A DNA stretch of 35,560 nucleotides from assembly GCA_964498295.1 (NCBI GenBank), contig CAZCGJ010000003.1, positions 1 to 35,560 of the forward strand. The letters are read 5' to 3'. The notes under the pieces were generated by a model that saw nothing but the letters and a program-made list of their open reading frames with translations, was not told where the DNA came from and made no database searches. This DNA comes from Candidatus Woesearchaeota archaeon. GTDB taxonomy: Archaea; Nanobdellota; Nanobdellia; Pacearchaeales; GW2011-AR1. This document shows positions 1-8,897 of this stretch, piece by piece (the stretch's first letter is position 1; every line of letters begins with the position of its first letter). Position numbers and translations under genes: made by a program.

Positions 1-1814
1 GAAACATATGAATTATCTTCTTCAGAAGCATCCAAATATTCTATAATTCCCTGTTCTACTAAATTATTCCATGTTAAAGAACCTGCATCTACTAATTTCA
101 AATGTTCGTCCTTTAATCTAGAAATACCATTATCGACAACAATTAAAGGTCTTAAAACTCTTCCAACTTCAGTTGATAAGAAAACAGCTTCCAGGAAAGA
201 ATCGTTTTTAATGCTTAAATCAATAGGTAAATTTCCTTTTCTTCTTCTTTCTTTTACTGCAGCTGCAAATGCTTTTCCATCAGAAACAACACCGACAAAT
301 CTTCCGTTTAAGAAAACATCAATTCCATTTTCACCATCTTTAGCCATTTTTTCTTCAGATAATACTTTAACAATCTTTTCTTCAGGCATTGTACATCTTG
401 TAGAAACTCTAGCTAACATTGCCAAATTCTTTCTTAAACCAATTTCAGTACCTTCTGGTGTTTCAACAGGACAGAATCTTCCATAATGTGTTGGATGTAC
501 TGTTCTTGCTGCGAAATTTTCTTGTTCTCCAGGTAATGTAGAAACAACTTTTTGTAACTGAGACATCATAGATAAGAAATTATCTTTCTTCATATTCTGA
601 GTTACACCAGTTCTTTCACCAATCCAAGAACCTGTTGCAATAGCAGACTCGATTCTATGTGAGAATAATGTAGACTTAGCAATAGTTTTTATAGAATAGA
701 AATTTCTTCTCTTTACTGTTTTTTGCAAAGAATGTTGTATTTCTCTAACTAATATATTTAAGTTAACTCTAAACAAGTCAGCTAATAAGTCGCCAGATAA
801 TCTAACTCTCTTATTTGCATAATGGTCTTTGTCTGTTAAAGAATCTTCAGGATGATCTTTAGAAAGATAAAACTGTTTGATTAATTTACAAAGTGTTTTT
901 GCCTTTTCAATTCGAGCATTTTTATCTAAACCTACATGAGGTAATAAATAAGAATCAATTCTTTGCTTTGTTCTGTCTAAGACTTCTTTCTTTGTTCCTT
1001 GTAAGGAGGTCAGTTCAGCAATCTTCATTAAAGCTTCTTCAGAATCGCCCAAAGATGCATATTCATATAAATTTACAAGCAAACCATCGGATTGCTTTCC
1101 AATCATCTTAGAAATTTCAGCTTCTGAAACCATCCCTAATGCTTTAAGTAAAATCATTACTGGAATTTTTCTAAATCTAGAGAAAGAAATTTCTAAAATA
1201 CCTTCTTTACTTTCATTAATTGAAATTGGAATCTTATAAGCTCCTCTTTGAGAAAATAATCTCAAAACAAAACCCTTAACTTTTTGATTTTCCAAGAATG
1301 CTTGGTTTGAAGCCAAATCTTCAGCCATAACCAAAATTCTTTCATTACCATTAACAATAAAATAACCACCAGAATCTGCAGGATCTACATACCTATCAAT
1401 TAAATCTTGTCTAGTTAAACCATGTAAATTACAGACATTACTTTTTACAATTACAGGGATTCTACCTAATTGAACTTCAGCAGTTTCGACTTGACCTTCA
1501 TATCGGATAGTCAACTCCATCTTAATAGGAGCAGAGTAGGTCAAACCTCTAAGTCTTGCTTCAGAAGGACTAATTAAGCTAATAGAACCGTCAGCCTCAA
1601 CAATATTTGGCTTATCTACAGTAATCTTACCTAATTTTATTTCAAAATCTTCTTTAGGCATAGCTTCATTAATTTCATTAATAATTTCCTGCATTCTATT
1701 TTCAATAAAATCATTGAAAGAAGTAATATTTGATTCAACAATTGAATGGTTCTTCAAAAATTCTTTAACAAGGATATGCTTTCTATCGACTGTAACAGAT
1801 TTTTGAGCAACCAT
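1..1814 (-). CDS. rpoB: DNA-directed RNA polymerase subunit B (Rpo2), 5' part, runs off window start
   Basis: Not in ORF track (no stop in window). Hand translation from ATG 1814: MVAQKSVTVDRKHIL...EARLRGLTYSAP...GRIPVIVKS...HPTHYGRFCPVETPEG...GIIEYLDASEED. Directly downstream of rpoH. Confidence 0.97.
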   Translation of the reverse strand, partial: MVAQKSVTVDRKHILVKEFLKNHSIVESNITSFNDFIENRMQEIINEINEAMPKEDFEIKLGKITVDKPNIVEADGSISLISPSEARLRGLTYSAPIKMELTIRYEGQVETAEVQLGRIPVIVKSNVCNLHGLTRQDLIDRYVDPADSGGYFIVNGNERILVMAEDLASNQAFLENQKVKGFVLRLFSQRGAYKIPISINESKEGILEISFSRFRKIPVMILLKALGMVSEAEISKMIGKQSDGLLVNLYEYASLGDSEEALMKIAELTSLQGTKKEVLDRTKQRIDSYLLPHVGLDKNARIEKAKTLCKLIKQFYLSKDHPEDSLTDKDHYANKRVRLSGDLLADLFRVNLNILVREIQHSLQKTVKRRNFYSIKTIAKSTLFSHRIESAIATGSWIGERTGVTQNMKKDNFLSMMSQLQKVVSTLPGEQENFAARTVHPTHYGRFCPVETPEGTEIGLRKNLAMLARVSTRCTMPEEKIVKVLSEEKMAKDGENGIDVFLNGRFVGVVSDGKAFAAAVKERRRKGNLPIDLSIKNDSFLEAVFLSTEVGRVLRPLIVVDNGISRLKDEHLKLVDAGSLTWNNLVEQGIIEYLDASEEDNSYV

Positions 1815-1816
1815 TT

Positions 1817-2035
1817 TTATATAACAACTCTAAAGTAATCTTCACTGCCCTCTTCAGTTTTCCTTTCAATTTTAATTACTTCACCTAATTGAGGATTTAA
1901 ATCGAAAATCGTTGGATCTTCTTTGGAAATTTTAGGTAATTGCGCTAAAGAAATATTATATTTTACAAGTATCTTGACTACTTCGTCTTGCTTGAGTTTT
2001 GTGTGTTTTGGTTGAAGAATGTGCATACTAATCAC
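1817..2035 (-). CDS. rpoH: RNA polymerase subunit H (Rpo5)
   Basis: HILQPKH...QLPKISKEDP...GEVIKIER...YFRVV motifs; conserved rpoH-rpoB order. True start may be ATG 2026. Confidence 0.95.
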   Translation of the reverse strand: MISMHILQPKHTKLKQDEVVKILVKYNISLAQLPKISKEDPTIFDLNPQLGEVIKIERKTEEGSEDYFRVVI

Positions 2036-2094
2036 TATTAATAGTTTTAGATGAGAACATTAAAAAAAGTTGCCTTTTAAATCTTTCGTTTTTG

Positions 2095-2763
2095 TTATTT
2101 TAAAGTAGTTTTTACTTTTTCCAAATAAAATTTCTGATATTTTTCATACAAATTTGGATTTTCTGGAGGTCCGACTTTCCAATGTTTAAAACATACAGGT
2201 TCGTAGTCATAACCTTGGCTACCTTCAACTACAATTTTATCAGAATCGAAAGGTTCTGGAAGACCATTATAGGTTCTCTGAGTTCTAACTGCCATATTAT
2301 TTTTTCCACCCACCTTACAATCCTGACATAGTGCGTTTACTCCTTGTAATAGAACTGCACCATCTAAACATCTAAGTTTATCAAAAAGCTCAACAGGTTC
2401 ACCATTAGAATAATAGTCTAGACCTGCAGCCACTACAAACTTACCAGATTTATGTAATTCGTTAATCACTTCAACAATTTCAGGAGAATACATTTGCCAT
2501 TCTTCAAAACCAAAAACATGATAGTCTTTCATATCTTGCATAACTTGTTCTGCAGATTCAAAAAATTTAGCCGAAAGAAGAGTTGTTTCATCTCCGCCAG
2601 CTCTAGAAAACCAAACAGGCTCACCCTGGAAAATATCACGAGTATTTTTTCTAGGTTGATACAAAACACGTCTAAAACCATCTTTAGAAAAAGACCTAAC
2701 ACGAGAAATAGCCATATCGCTTTTTCCAGAATACATTCCGCCATGACATAAAATTAAGGCCAT
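2095..2763 (-). CDS. tdk: Thymidine kinase (type II/TK1 family)
   Basis: GGMYSGKS P-loop, FEEWQM (DEAQF-like), VAAGLD, zinc ligands CQDC and YEPVCFKH. Confidence 0.88.
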   Translation of the reverse strand: MALILCHGGMYSGKSDMAISRVRSFSKDGFRRVLYQPRKNTRDIFQGEPVWFSRAGGDETTLLSAKFFESAEQVMQDMKDYHVFGFEEWQMYSPEIVEVINELHKSGKFVVAAGLDYYSNGEPVELFDKLRCLDGAVLLQGVNALCQDCKVGGKNNMAVRTQRTYNGLPEPFDSDKIVVEGSQGYDYEPVCFKHWKVGPPENPNLYEKYQKFYLEKVKTTLK

Positions 2764-2801
2764 AAAAAAATATTATTCCGGAACTATTTAAACAAATATA
2801 T

Positions 2802-2843
2802 CCTAAAGAATATAAAATAACTCAGAAAGGATTTGACTCTCTA
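2802..2843. repeat. Degenerate direct copy of the tRNA-Lys(CTT) 3' end plus trailer (partner 2904-2945)
   Basis: cctaaagaatataaaataactcagaaaggatttgactctcta vs cctagaaatataaaatgaccccgaagggatttgaaccctcga, aligned by eye. Confidence 0.55.
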
Positions 2844-2918
2844 AACAATCAAAAACAAAGATAAAAAGATTGTTTTGTTGTAGAACAACAAAGGGTTCGA
2901 AGACCTAGAAATATAAAA

Positions 2919-2993
2919 TGACCCCGAAGGGATTTGAACCCTCGACACCCGCGTTAAGAGCGCGGTACTCTGACCAGGCTGAGCTACGAGGCC
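2919..2993 (-). tRNA. tRNA-Lys (anticodon CTT)
   Basis: Reverse complement GGCCTCGTAGCTCAGCCTGGTCAGAGTACCGCGCTCTTAACGCGGGTGTCGAGGGTTCAAATCCCTTCGGGGTCA folds as a cloverleaf; anticodon stem CCGCG/CGCGG, loop CTCTTAA; no encoded CCA, no intron. Confidence 0.96.
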
Positions 2994-3075
2994 ATCGTAA
3001 AATAATTGCAAATGCAATTAACCTAGTAAAAAATTAAGAAACAGTTGGTTTAAGAAGTTTTTGTTTATTGAAAAA

Positions 3076-3357
3076 TTAGCAACTATCAATAACTTCCTTT
3101 ATTGCTTCAATATTTTCTGCGATTTGAATTCCTCTTTTTGTTAATTTGATAATTTTTATTCTACCTTTTTTCTCAAAGACTACTAAACCCATATCCTCTA
3201 AAATTTGTAAAATCTTAACAGCATGAGAGTATGTACAATCTACTTCTTTTGCAAGCACAGAACCATACTTTGCCTTATTCATTTTTTTAAGAGCCAGCAA
3301 CATCATTGCGGGTTTTCTTCTAAAAAACAAATCAAAGTTATCTTCGTGTTCTGCCAT
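3076..3357 (-). CDS. Winged-helix DNA-binding protein (MarR/ArsR-like)
   Basis: LAKEVDCTYSHAVKILQILEDMGLV..EKKGRIKIIKLTKRG wHTH pattern. Confidence 0.85.
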   Translation of the reverse strand: MAEHEDNFDLFFRRKPAMMLLALKKMNKAKYGSVLAKEVDCTYSHAVKILQILEDMGLVVFEKKGRIKIIKLTKRGIQIAENIEAIKEVIDSC

Positions 3358-3487
3358 TGTAATATATATGTTGTAACCTATATTTCAGAGTTATAATCTG
3401 CTTTTAAAGCTTTCTTAGAATTTTCGTCCATGTTTAGTAGATACATGAAATTTAATAGAAGTAACAAAAAACAAAACTACAACAAAG

Positions 3488-3495
3488 TTTAAATA
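3488..3495 (+). promoter_or_regulatory. Archaeal TATA box of serS (leaderless-type spacing)
   Basis: TTTAAATA starts 29 nt before the ATG, the same spacing as several other genes in the window. Confidence 0.65.
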
Positions 3496-3516
3496 TCATT
3501 TTTCTATGAAAACAAT

Positions 3517-4794
3517 ATGATAGACATTAAAATACTCAGAGAGAATCCAGACTTAGTCAGAGACAATATAAAAAAGAAATCTCAGAATGAAAAACTACCG
3601 CTAGTAGACAAAATAATCGAAATAGATAAAGAATGGAGAGTATTTAGGGGAAAAGCAGACGATTTGAGATCTTCTAGAAACAAAATTTCCGAAGAAATTA
3701 ACAAAGCTAAAAAGAATAAAGATGAAAAAACAGCAAAAGAACTCATCGAAAAAGCAAAAGAGATTCCAGAAGAAATTGCAAAATTAGAAGAAAAAGAAGA
3801 CAAACTAGCTGAAGAAATAAAACAATTAATGTATAAAATTCCAAATTTTATCTCACCAGAAACACCGAAGGGAAAAGATTCCAGTGAAAATGTAGAATAT
3901 ATCACTGGTGGAAAAATTCCAAATTTCAACTTTACTCCAAAAAATCACGTTGAATTGGCTGAAGCATTAGGAATAGTTGATTTTGATGCATCCGCAAGAG
4001 TATCTGGAACAGGATTTTATTATTTAAAAAAAGAATTAGCAATCCTAAACCAAGCCCTAATAAGATTTGCAATAGATTTTATGAGGGAAAAAGGATACGA
4101 ATACATAGAGCCTCCTTTAATGTTAAATGAAAAATCGATATACGCCTCTATGGATAAAGCAGCAATAGAACAATCTGTTTATGAAATCAAAAACGAAGAC
4201 TTGGGATTGATCGGTACTTCTGAACAATCTGTTTTAGCAATGCATACAGGACAAGTAATTCCAGAATCTGAACTTCCAAAAAAATATTTTTCATACTCAA
4301 TGTGTTTTAGAAAAGAAGTTGGAGCTCACGGCATAAACGAGAGAGGTTTATGGAGAACACACCAATTCAATAAAATAGAACAGTTCATTTTCTGCAAACC
4401 GGAAGATTCAATAGCATTATATGAAGAACTGTTAAATAACTCCGTAGGAATACTAGAGGCATTAAAATTACCCTATAGAGTAATTGAAATATGCACTGGA
4501 GACTTAGCTGACTGGAAATACAGAAGTGCTGATTTAGAAGTATGGAGACCTACAATAAAAGAATACGGAGAAGTAATGTCTCTTTCGAACTGCACAGAAT
4601 ATCAAGCTAGAAAACTAGATATAAAATGCATGGACAAAAAAGGAAATAGAAGAGTATTACATACTCTTAATGATACAGCACTAGCAACATCTAGAATAAT
4701 GGTTACAATATTAGAAAACAACCAACAAGAAGACGGTTCAATAAAGATCCCAGAAGTTCTTTGGAAATACACAGGATTTAAAGAAATAAAATGA
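3517..4794 (+). CDS. serS: Seryl-tRNA synthetase
   Basis: MIDIKILRENPD N-terminal coiled-coil arm, GTSE, FRKEVG..RGLWRTHQFNKIE (motif 2), SNCTEYQAR, HTLNDTALATSR (motif 3). Confidence 0.97.
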   Translation: MIDIKILRENPDLVRDNIKKKSQNEKLPLVDKIIEIDKEWRVFRGKADDLRSSRNKISEEINKAKKNKDEKTAKELIEKAKEIPEEIAKLEEKEDKLAEEIKQLMYKIPNFISPETPKGKDSSENVEYITGGKIPNFNFTPKNHVELAEALGIVDFDASARVSGTGFYYLKKELAILNQALIRFAIDFMREKGYEYIEPPLMLNEKSIYASMDKAAIEQSVYEIKNEDLGLIGTSEQSVLAMHTGQVIPESELPKKYFSYSMCFRKEVGAHGINERGLWRTHQFNKIEQFIFCKPEDSIALYEELLNNSVGILEALKLPYRVIEICTGDLADWKYRSADLEVWRPTIKEYGEVMSLSNCTEYQARKLDIKCMDKKGNRRVLHTLNDTALATSRIMVTILENNQQEDGSIKIPEVLWKYTGFKEIK

Positions 4795-5039
4795 AATTTT
4801 CTACCCTGTATAATATATTAAGTAACCTACCCTATTTAGTAAGAAGAAATAGGGAATCTCCTGAAAGATATACAATACATTTCACATCTGGAAATCACGA
4901 TCAAGCATTAGACCCTCTCTTCAGAAGAAAAGTAGAAGTAGAAGACTGCAGATTCGATCCAACAGAAAGTTGTTGGAAACCTACAGGTATAACTGAAAAA
5001 GTTTACTTACCTTTTTTCGATAAAAAATTAGCAATTTAA
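4791..5039 (+). CDS. Hypothetical protein
   Basis: 82-aa ORF coupled to serS by an ATGA overlap; no recognised motif. Confidence 0.5.
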   Translation: MKFSTLYNILSNLPYLVRRNRESPERYTIHFTSGNHDQALDPLFRRKVEVEDCRFDPTESCWKPTGITEKVYLPFFDKKLAI

Positions 5040-5046
5040 AAGATAA

Positions 5047-5568
5047 TTATTTCTTAAAATCTCTCCATATTTGGCTCGTCTGAGGTCCTATTGAATTCTT
5101 ATATTTTCCATTGTATAAAACAATATCTCCAACTGGTTGCCAGAATAGCATTTGACCAACTTTCATTCCAGGATAAACTTTCAAACGATGAATAGATTGT
5201 AACTCCAAAGTCCATTGTTTCTTAAAACCAATATCGCCTAAACCAGAATTAAGATAAATATAAAGTCCAAGTCTCCCAACAGAACTTCTCGCTTGCATAG
5301 TAGGTGCATAAAAATCAGAACCCATCTCTTCAATTGTATGGCCCAAATATAACCTATTTGGCTCTAAAATAAAACCCTCTTCAGGAATTATAATTTCTTC
5401 AAATTCATTTTCAATAGCAGAATCTAATAAATCACTCTTGTAAACTTTCAGCTTATCTCCTAATCTAAAATTATAACTATTAGGATTTAAATTTTCTTCA
5501 ATAAACGGAGAAATATGAATTCTTCCAAGATTCACCTGCCTTTTAATTTCCGATCCCGTCAGTATCAT
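5047..5568 (-). CDS. dcd: dCTP deaminase family protein (trimeric dUTPase superfamily)
   Basis: MILTGSEI..NPNSYNFRLG, ARSSVGRLG, GDIGF..WTLEL (catalytic Glu), YPGMKVGQ, YNGKY. Confidence 0.88.
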   Translation of the reverse strand: MILTGSEIKRQVNLGRIHISPFIEENLNPNSYNFRLGDKLKVYKSDLLDSAIENEFEEIIIPEEGFILEPNRLYLGHTIEEMGSDFYAPTMQARSSVGRLGLYIYLNSGLGDIGFKKQWTLELQSIHRLKVYPGMKVGQMLFWQPVGDIVLYNGKYKNSIGPQTSQIWRDFKK

Positions 5569-6283
5569 TTGAATCCCAAGTCAAGTTTAATTTTCCATCA
5601 GCATGAAGAATAGGATTTGTATTTTCACAACTACAAGAACGAGTTTCAAACTCAACATCCAAACCATTAATTTTTAATTTAGGATTTGGAGATAAAACAG
5701 GATCTTGGAAAAAATGTTTAATAATAGGAACTATAGAAACAGTATTTTTAGAAACTTCTGGAGAATAACTAACATCATCAAATAATTGTCTAAAAACTAC
5801 TTTTTGTGCTTTACCTTTTGCCCAAGAAATATAATTTTCAACTTCTTGCACAGAATCAACACTGCCCTTAAATAAAACAGCAGAGAATTTTATATTTAGC
5901 CCGCGAGAAAATAGATCGCCAGAGTAATCGACACCCATAATTTCCTTATTTTTCCCAGAATTATAATGAGCCCTAGAGATACAAAGAGGATCAAGTTTTC
6001 TCAATACCCCATCCGATAGCAAACCTACAACAGAACCATTTGTGTACATTTGAGTTCTTGTTTTACTTGCACACAAGTCTATTATTTTGTCTATTTCAGG
6101 ATGCAAGGTAGGTTCTCCACCACCACTAATTTCTATCCCGTCCAAAGAACCTATATCCTTCAAACACTTTTCCAACCCATCAATAGATAAAAAAGATTTT
6201 CCTAAATTACGAAATTGATTAACACAATAAGGACAAGCAGCATTACATGCAGACTCAACAGGAAGAACATATAATTTAACCAT
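5543..6283 (-). CDS. Radical SAM protein of unknown function
   Basis: CNAACPYC, SGGGEPTLH, YTNGS, ISRAHY. Start moved to ATG 6283, which has a GGAGG Shine-Dalgarno-like motif. Confidence 0.85.
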   Translation of the reverse strand: MVKLYVLPVESACNAACPYCVNQFRNLGKSFLSIDGLEKCLKDIGSLDGIEISGGGEPTLHPEIDKIIDLCASKTRTQMYTNGSVVGLLSDGVLRKLDPLCISRAHYNSGKNKEIMGVDYSGDLFSRGLNIKFSAVLFKGSVDSVQEVENYISWAKGKAQKVVFRQLFDDVSYSPEVSKNTVSIVPIIKHFFQDPVLSPNPKLKINGLDVEFETRSCSCENTNPILHADGKLNLTWDSNDTDGIGN

Positions 6284-6764
6284 TAACCCTCCGCAAAACA
6301 TCTGCAACTAGATCATCAAGTTCTTTGTATGATGCAGAAGAGTATAGAATATGAGAAACTGTTTGTGATTTTTCTAAAAATAATTTTCTAGCTAATGCCA
6401 ATTCATTTTCCTTTATTTGTTGAGAAAAATTTCTTGCACGATAACGATTTATAAGCGTTTCTTCAGAAGGCAAAGCAAAAATAATAAGACCCTCATTTTG
6501 TAAATAAAAATTCAAAAACTCAAATTCTTCTTTTGAAAATGGATTTCCGTCCCTCCACATTTGACCATAAACAGATTCTGAAAAATGGCCTCTGTCAAAT
6601 ACAATATTTTCAGCAGAACAATATTCTTTTATATATCTTTGAAATTGATTGCCATCTCGATGATGTAATGATTTTGCATCCCACCTTAGTACATTTTTTA
6701 TTCTGTCTAAGGCAGTACTCTTGCCCGAGCAATCAGGGCCTTCTATTAGTATTCTTTTTATCAT
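6276..6764 (-). CDS. Thymidylate-kinase-like P-loop (d)NMP kinase
   Basis: IEGPDCSGKST and VFDRGHFSESVYG; GAGGTGA SD-like motif upstream. Confidence 0.8.
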   Translation of the reverse strand: MIKRILIEGPDCSGKSTALDRIKNVLRWDAKSLHHRDGNQFQRYIKEYCSAENIVFDRGHFSESVYGQMWRDGNPFSKEEFEFLNFYLQNEGLIIFALPSEETLINRYRARNFSQQIKENELALARKLFLEKSQTVSHILYSSASYKELDDLVADVLRRVNG

Positions 6765-6767
6765 TTT

Positions 6768-7427
6768 TCACCTCTTTAATTCTGAAACAATTTGTGCATA
6801 ATCTTTCTTTATTTTTGGATAATTTTGCAACCTTAGACTTTGAATACTCTTGCCAATTCTATCTTTTGCACCTTCAATTTCTACAAAATATTTACCATAA
6901 AGATTATCCAGACACACAGTACATCCATTATAGTCAAAAGAAGCTCTTTGTTTTTCATATACAATCGCACCAATAGCACCAGTACTTAAAACATCATTAA
7001 AAAAATGTGCCGGAAGTTCACATTCAGCTTCAGGTCTTTCGTTATATTCTCCAGGAAGTCTTTTTCCCTTTATAGTTAAGGTAACATTTCCTTGTTCCCT
7101 TCTAAACCTCACAAAACTTTCTCCAGTTCGATAAATAATATTTTCTTGCCTCTCCCAAGGAGTGCGTTTCCAAGAACGCCCCAGTTCCTTTTCAAGCCGA
7201 CAAATAACATCTTCATTTACTCTTAATTTTACTTCCGTTTCAATCGGAACTTCTTTTCCTTTTTTCTTATCTTCTTCCTCTTTTTCTCTTCTTTCTAATT
7301 TTCCAGCATGCACACCATAACAATCAGGATTTCCATTTTCATCTCGTCTAACTTTATGACCGTATTTCTCGCAAAGAGAAACATATTCATCCATATCATC
7401 ATTAATTGCACTAATTATATCAGTCAT
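6768..7427 (-). CDS. CYTH (triphosphate tunnel metalloenzyme) protein with about 60-aa N-terminal extension
   Basis: ETEVK (ExExK), VRFRRE, LTIKG, RPEAE, YEKQR, CLD...FVEIE, YAQ. Confidence 0.85.
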   Translation of the reverse strand: MTDIISAINDDMDEYVSLCEKYGHKVRRDENGNPDCYGVHAGKLERREKEEEDKKKGKEVPIETEVKLRVNEDVICRLEKELGRSWKRTPWERQENIIYRTGESFVRFRREQGNVTLTIKGKRLPGEYNERPEAECELPAHFFNDVLSTGAIGAIVYEKQRASFDYNGCTVCLDNLYGKYFVEIEGAKDRIGKSIQSLRLQNYPKIKKDYAQIVSELKR

Positions 7428-7966
7428 ACTACTTTCTCCACTAATTTAACAAAATAATTAACTCTGTCTTGAGGTGCCATTACGGGAACTATCACAGGTT
7501 TATAACCGAAGGATTTGTATGCATCGAAAATAGCTTGGTGAATTCTTCTCGCCTCTTCTGGATTTTCCTTTCTAGAATCATCTTTATGATAAACTGGAAT
7601 AGGATCAAGAACAAATACTGCATCATATCTTCCAGTACCAAAATCCATAATAATTTCAGGAGTAGGAATTTTTCCATTTATTGAATAACCATGTCCGTCA
7701 ACTATACCTCTATCGCAGAATAAAAGAGAATCACTAAATGAATGTTCAAGATCTAATATTCGTCTAGCAACACTTTCCTGGAAACCTTGCAAATCCATCC
7801 AAGGAACGCAATTTGAACCTCTACATTGCTCTTCTTCAATTACCATTCTTGCAGCTTCTGGAATTGCAGTATATGATTGTGCAGATAAATTATTTAACAA
7901 TGTTGTTTTTCCACAGCAAGGTCCGCCCGTTATTGCTATTCTTTTAATATCCGTTCTCATACACAT
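7424..7966 (-). CDS. AAA_28 / NadR-type P-loop nucleoside/nucleotide kinase-like ATPase
   Basis: IAITGGPCCGKTT, PEAARMVI, FCDRGIVD, YDAVF..DDSRKE. Start 7966 or 7960; the ORF-track start at 8014 overlaps the promoter region. Confidence 0.82.
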   Translation of the reverse strand: MCMRTDIKRIAITGGPCCGKTTLLNNLSAQSYTAIPEAARMVIEEEQCRGSNCVPWMDLQGFQESVARRILDLEHSFSDSLLFCDRGIVDGHGYSINGKIPTPEIIMDFGTGRYDAVFVLDPIPVYHKDDSRKENPEEARRIHQAIFDAYKSFGYKPVIVPVMAPQDRVNYFVKLVEKVV

Positions 7967-8057
7967 ACATAGACTTGTATTTTTATTACATTTATCTGTA
8001 CCAAAGCTGTCCATAGTGTTGCATAAAGCTTAAATATACAATTTACTGAAATAAAAT

Positions 8058-8897
8058 ATGCTAAAAAACGATGAAATAAAGAAAATAGAAGATTTCATAA
8101 GAGTAAAACCTAGAAGCATACAAGAAATTGCAAACCATATTAATAAGAATTGGAGAACTGCAGATAGATACATAGAAGAAATAAAGCAAAATTTTGGAAC
8201 TTTAGAAACAAGAGTTTTTAGAGAAGGAACAAGAGGAGCATTAAAGATTGTTTACTGGGCAAGTGTAGAAAAAATATCAAATACTGTTTTTCAAGAAGAA
8301 CTAGAATCAACTATTTTCAAATTCCATAAAAAAGAAGAATTCAAACCATTTGATATATATCAGTTTGTATCAGACAAAGACAAATTTATCTGGATAAAAA
8401 AAGGAAAAGACGAAAGCGATGCTGGAAAACTTGAAGAATTTAAAGAAATGCTAATGCAAGCAAAAAAACAAGTACTTTTCTTTTCAGGGAACTTGTCCTT
8501 TGTAAATTTTGAAGATAAAAAAGTAAAACTTTTCGAAGTCTTAGAATCACTTGTAAAAAAAGGAATTTCTATAAAAGTAGTTTGTAGAGTAGATTTTGCA
8601 GCAAGAGAAAATGTGGAAAAACTACTAGCATTAAATTTTAAGTATGGAAAAGAATTAGTAGAAATACACCATAAAGAACAACCACTCAGAGCAACGATAA
8701 TTGATAATGATATAATAAATATAAAAGAAATTGAAGAACCTACTGGAAGAAAAAACGAGCTTTCTGAAAAAACATTTATATTTTATACAATAAAAAATAA
8801 AGAGTGGGTTGAATGGCTATCAAGAATATTCTGGAAAATGTTTTCTTCGTCTATAGATTCTAAAAAAAGACTAGAAGAAATGCGAAAAATAAGATGA
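8058..8897 (+). CDS. Putative transcription regulator: N-terminal HTH plus TrmB/PLD-like effector domain
   Basis: RSIQEIANHINKNWRTADRYIEEI helix-turn-helix; C-terminal AKKQVLFFSG..KGISIKVV..RATIIDN. CTTAAATA TATA 29 nt upstream; divergent from the 5047-7966 operon. Confidence 0.6.
   Translation: MLKNDEIKKIEDFIRVKPRSIQEIANHINKNWRTADRYIEEIKQNFGTLETRVFREGTRGALKIVYWASVEKISNTVFQEELESTIFKFHKKEEFKPFDIYQFVSDKDKFIWIKKGKDESDAGKLEEFKEMLMQAKKQVLFFSGNLSFVNFEDKKVKLFEVLESLVKKGISIKVVCRVDFAARENVEKLLALNFKYGKELVEIHHKEQPLRATIIDNDIINIKEIEEPTGRKNELSEKTFIFYTIKNKEWVEWLSRIFWKMFSSSIDSKKRLEEMRKIR

Noticed and set aside
211-1111. Plus-strand ORFs 211-486 and 893-1111
   Set aside because: Antisense shadows of rpoB
3356-3396. 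TT(A/G)TAA-type repeats upstream of the wHTH gene
   Set aside because: Too short and AT-rich to distinguish from background
5543-6283. Calling the radical SAM a prokaryotic viperin, QueE or MoaA
   Set aside because: No NxH motif before the CxxxCxxC, no que or moa neighbours, no clear auxiliary-cluster motif; left unassigned
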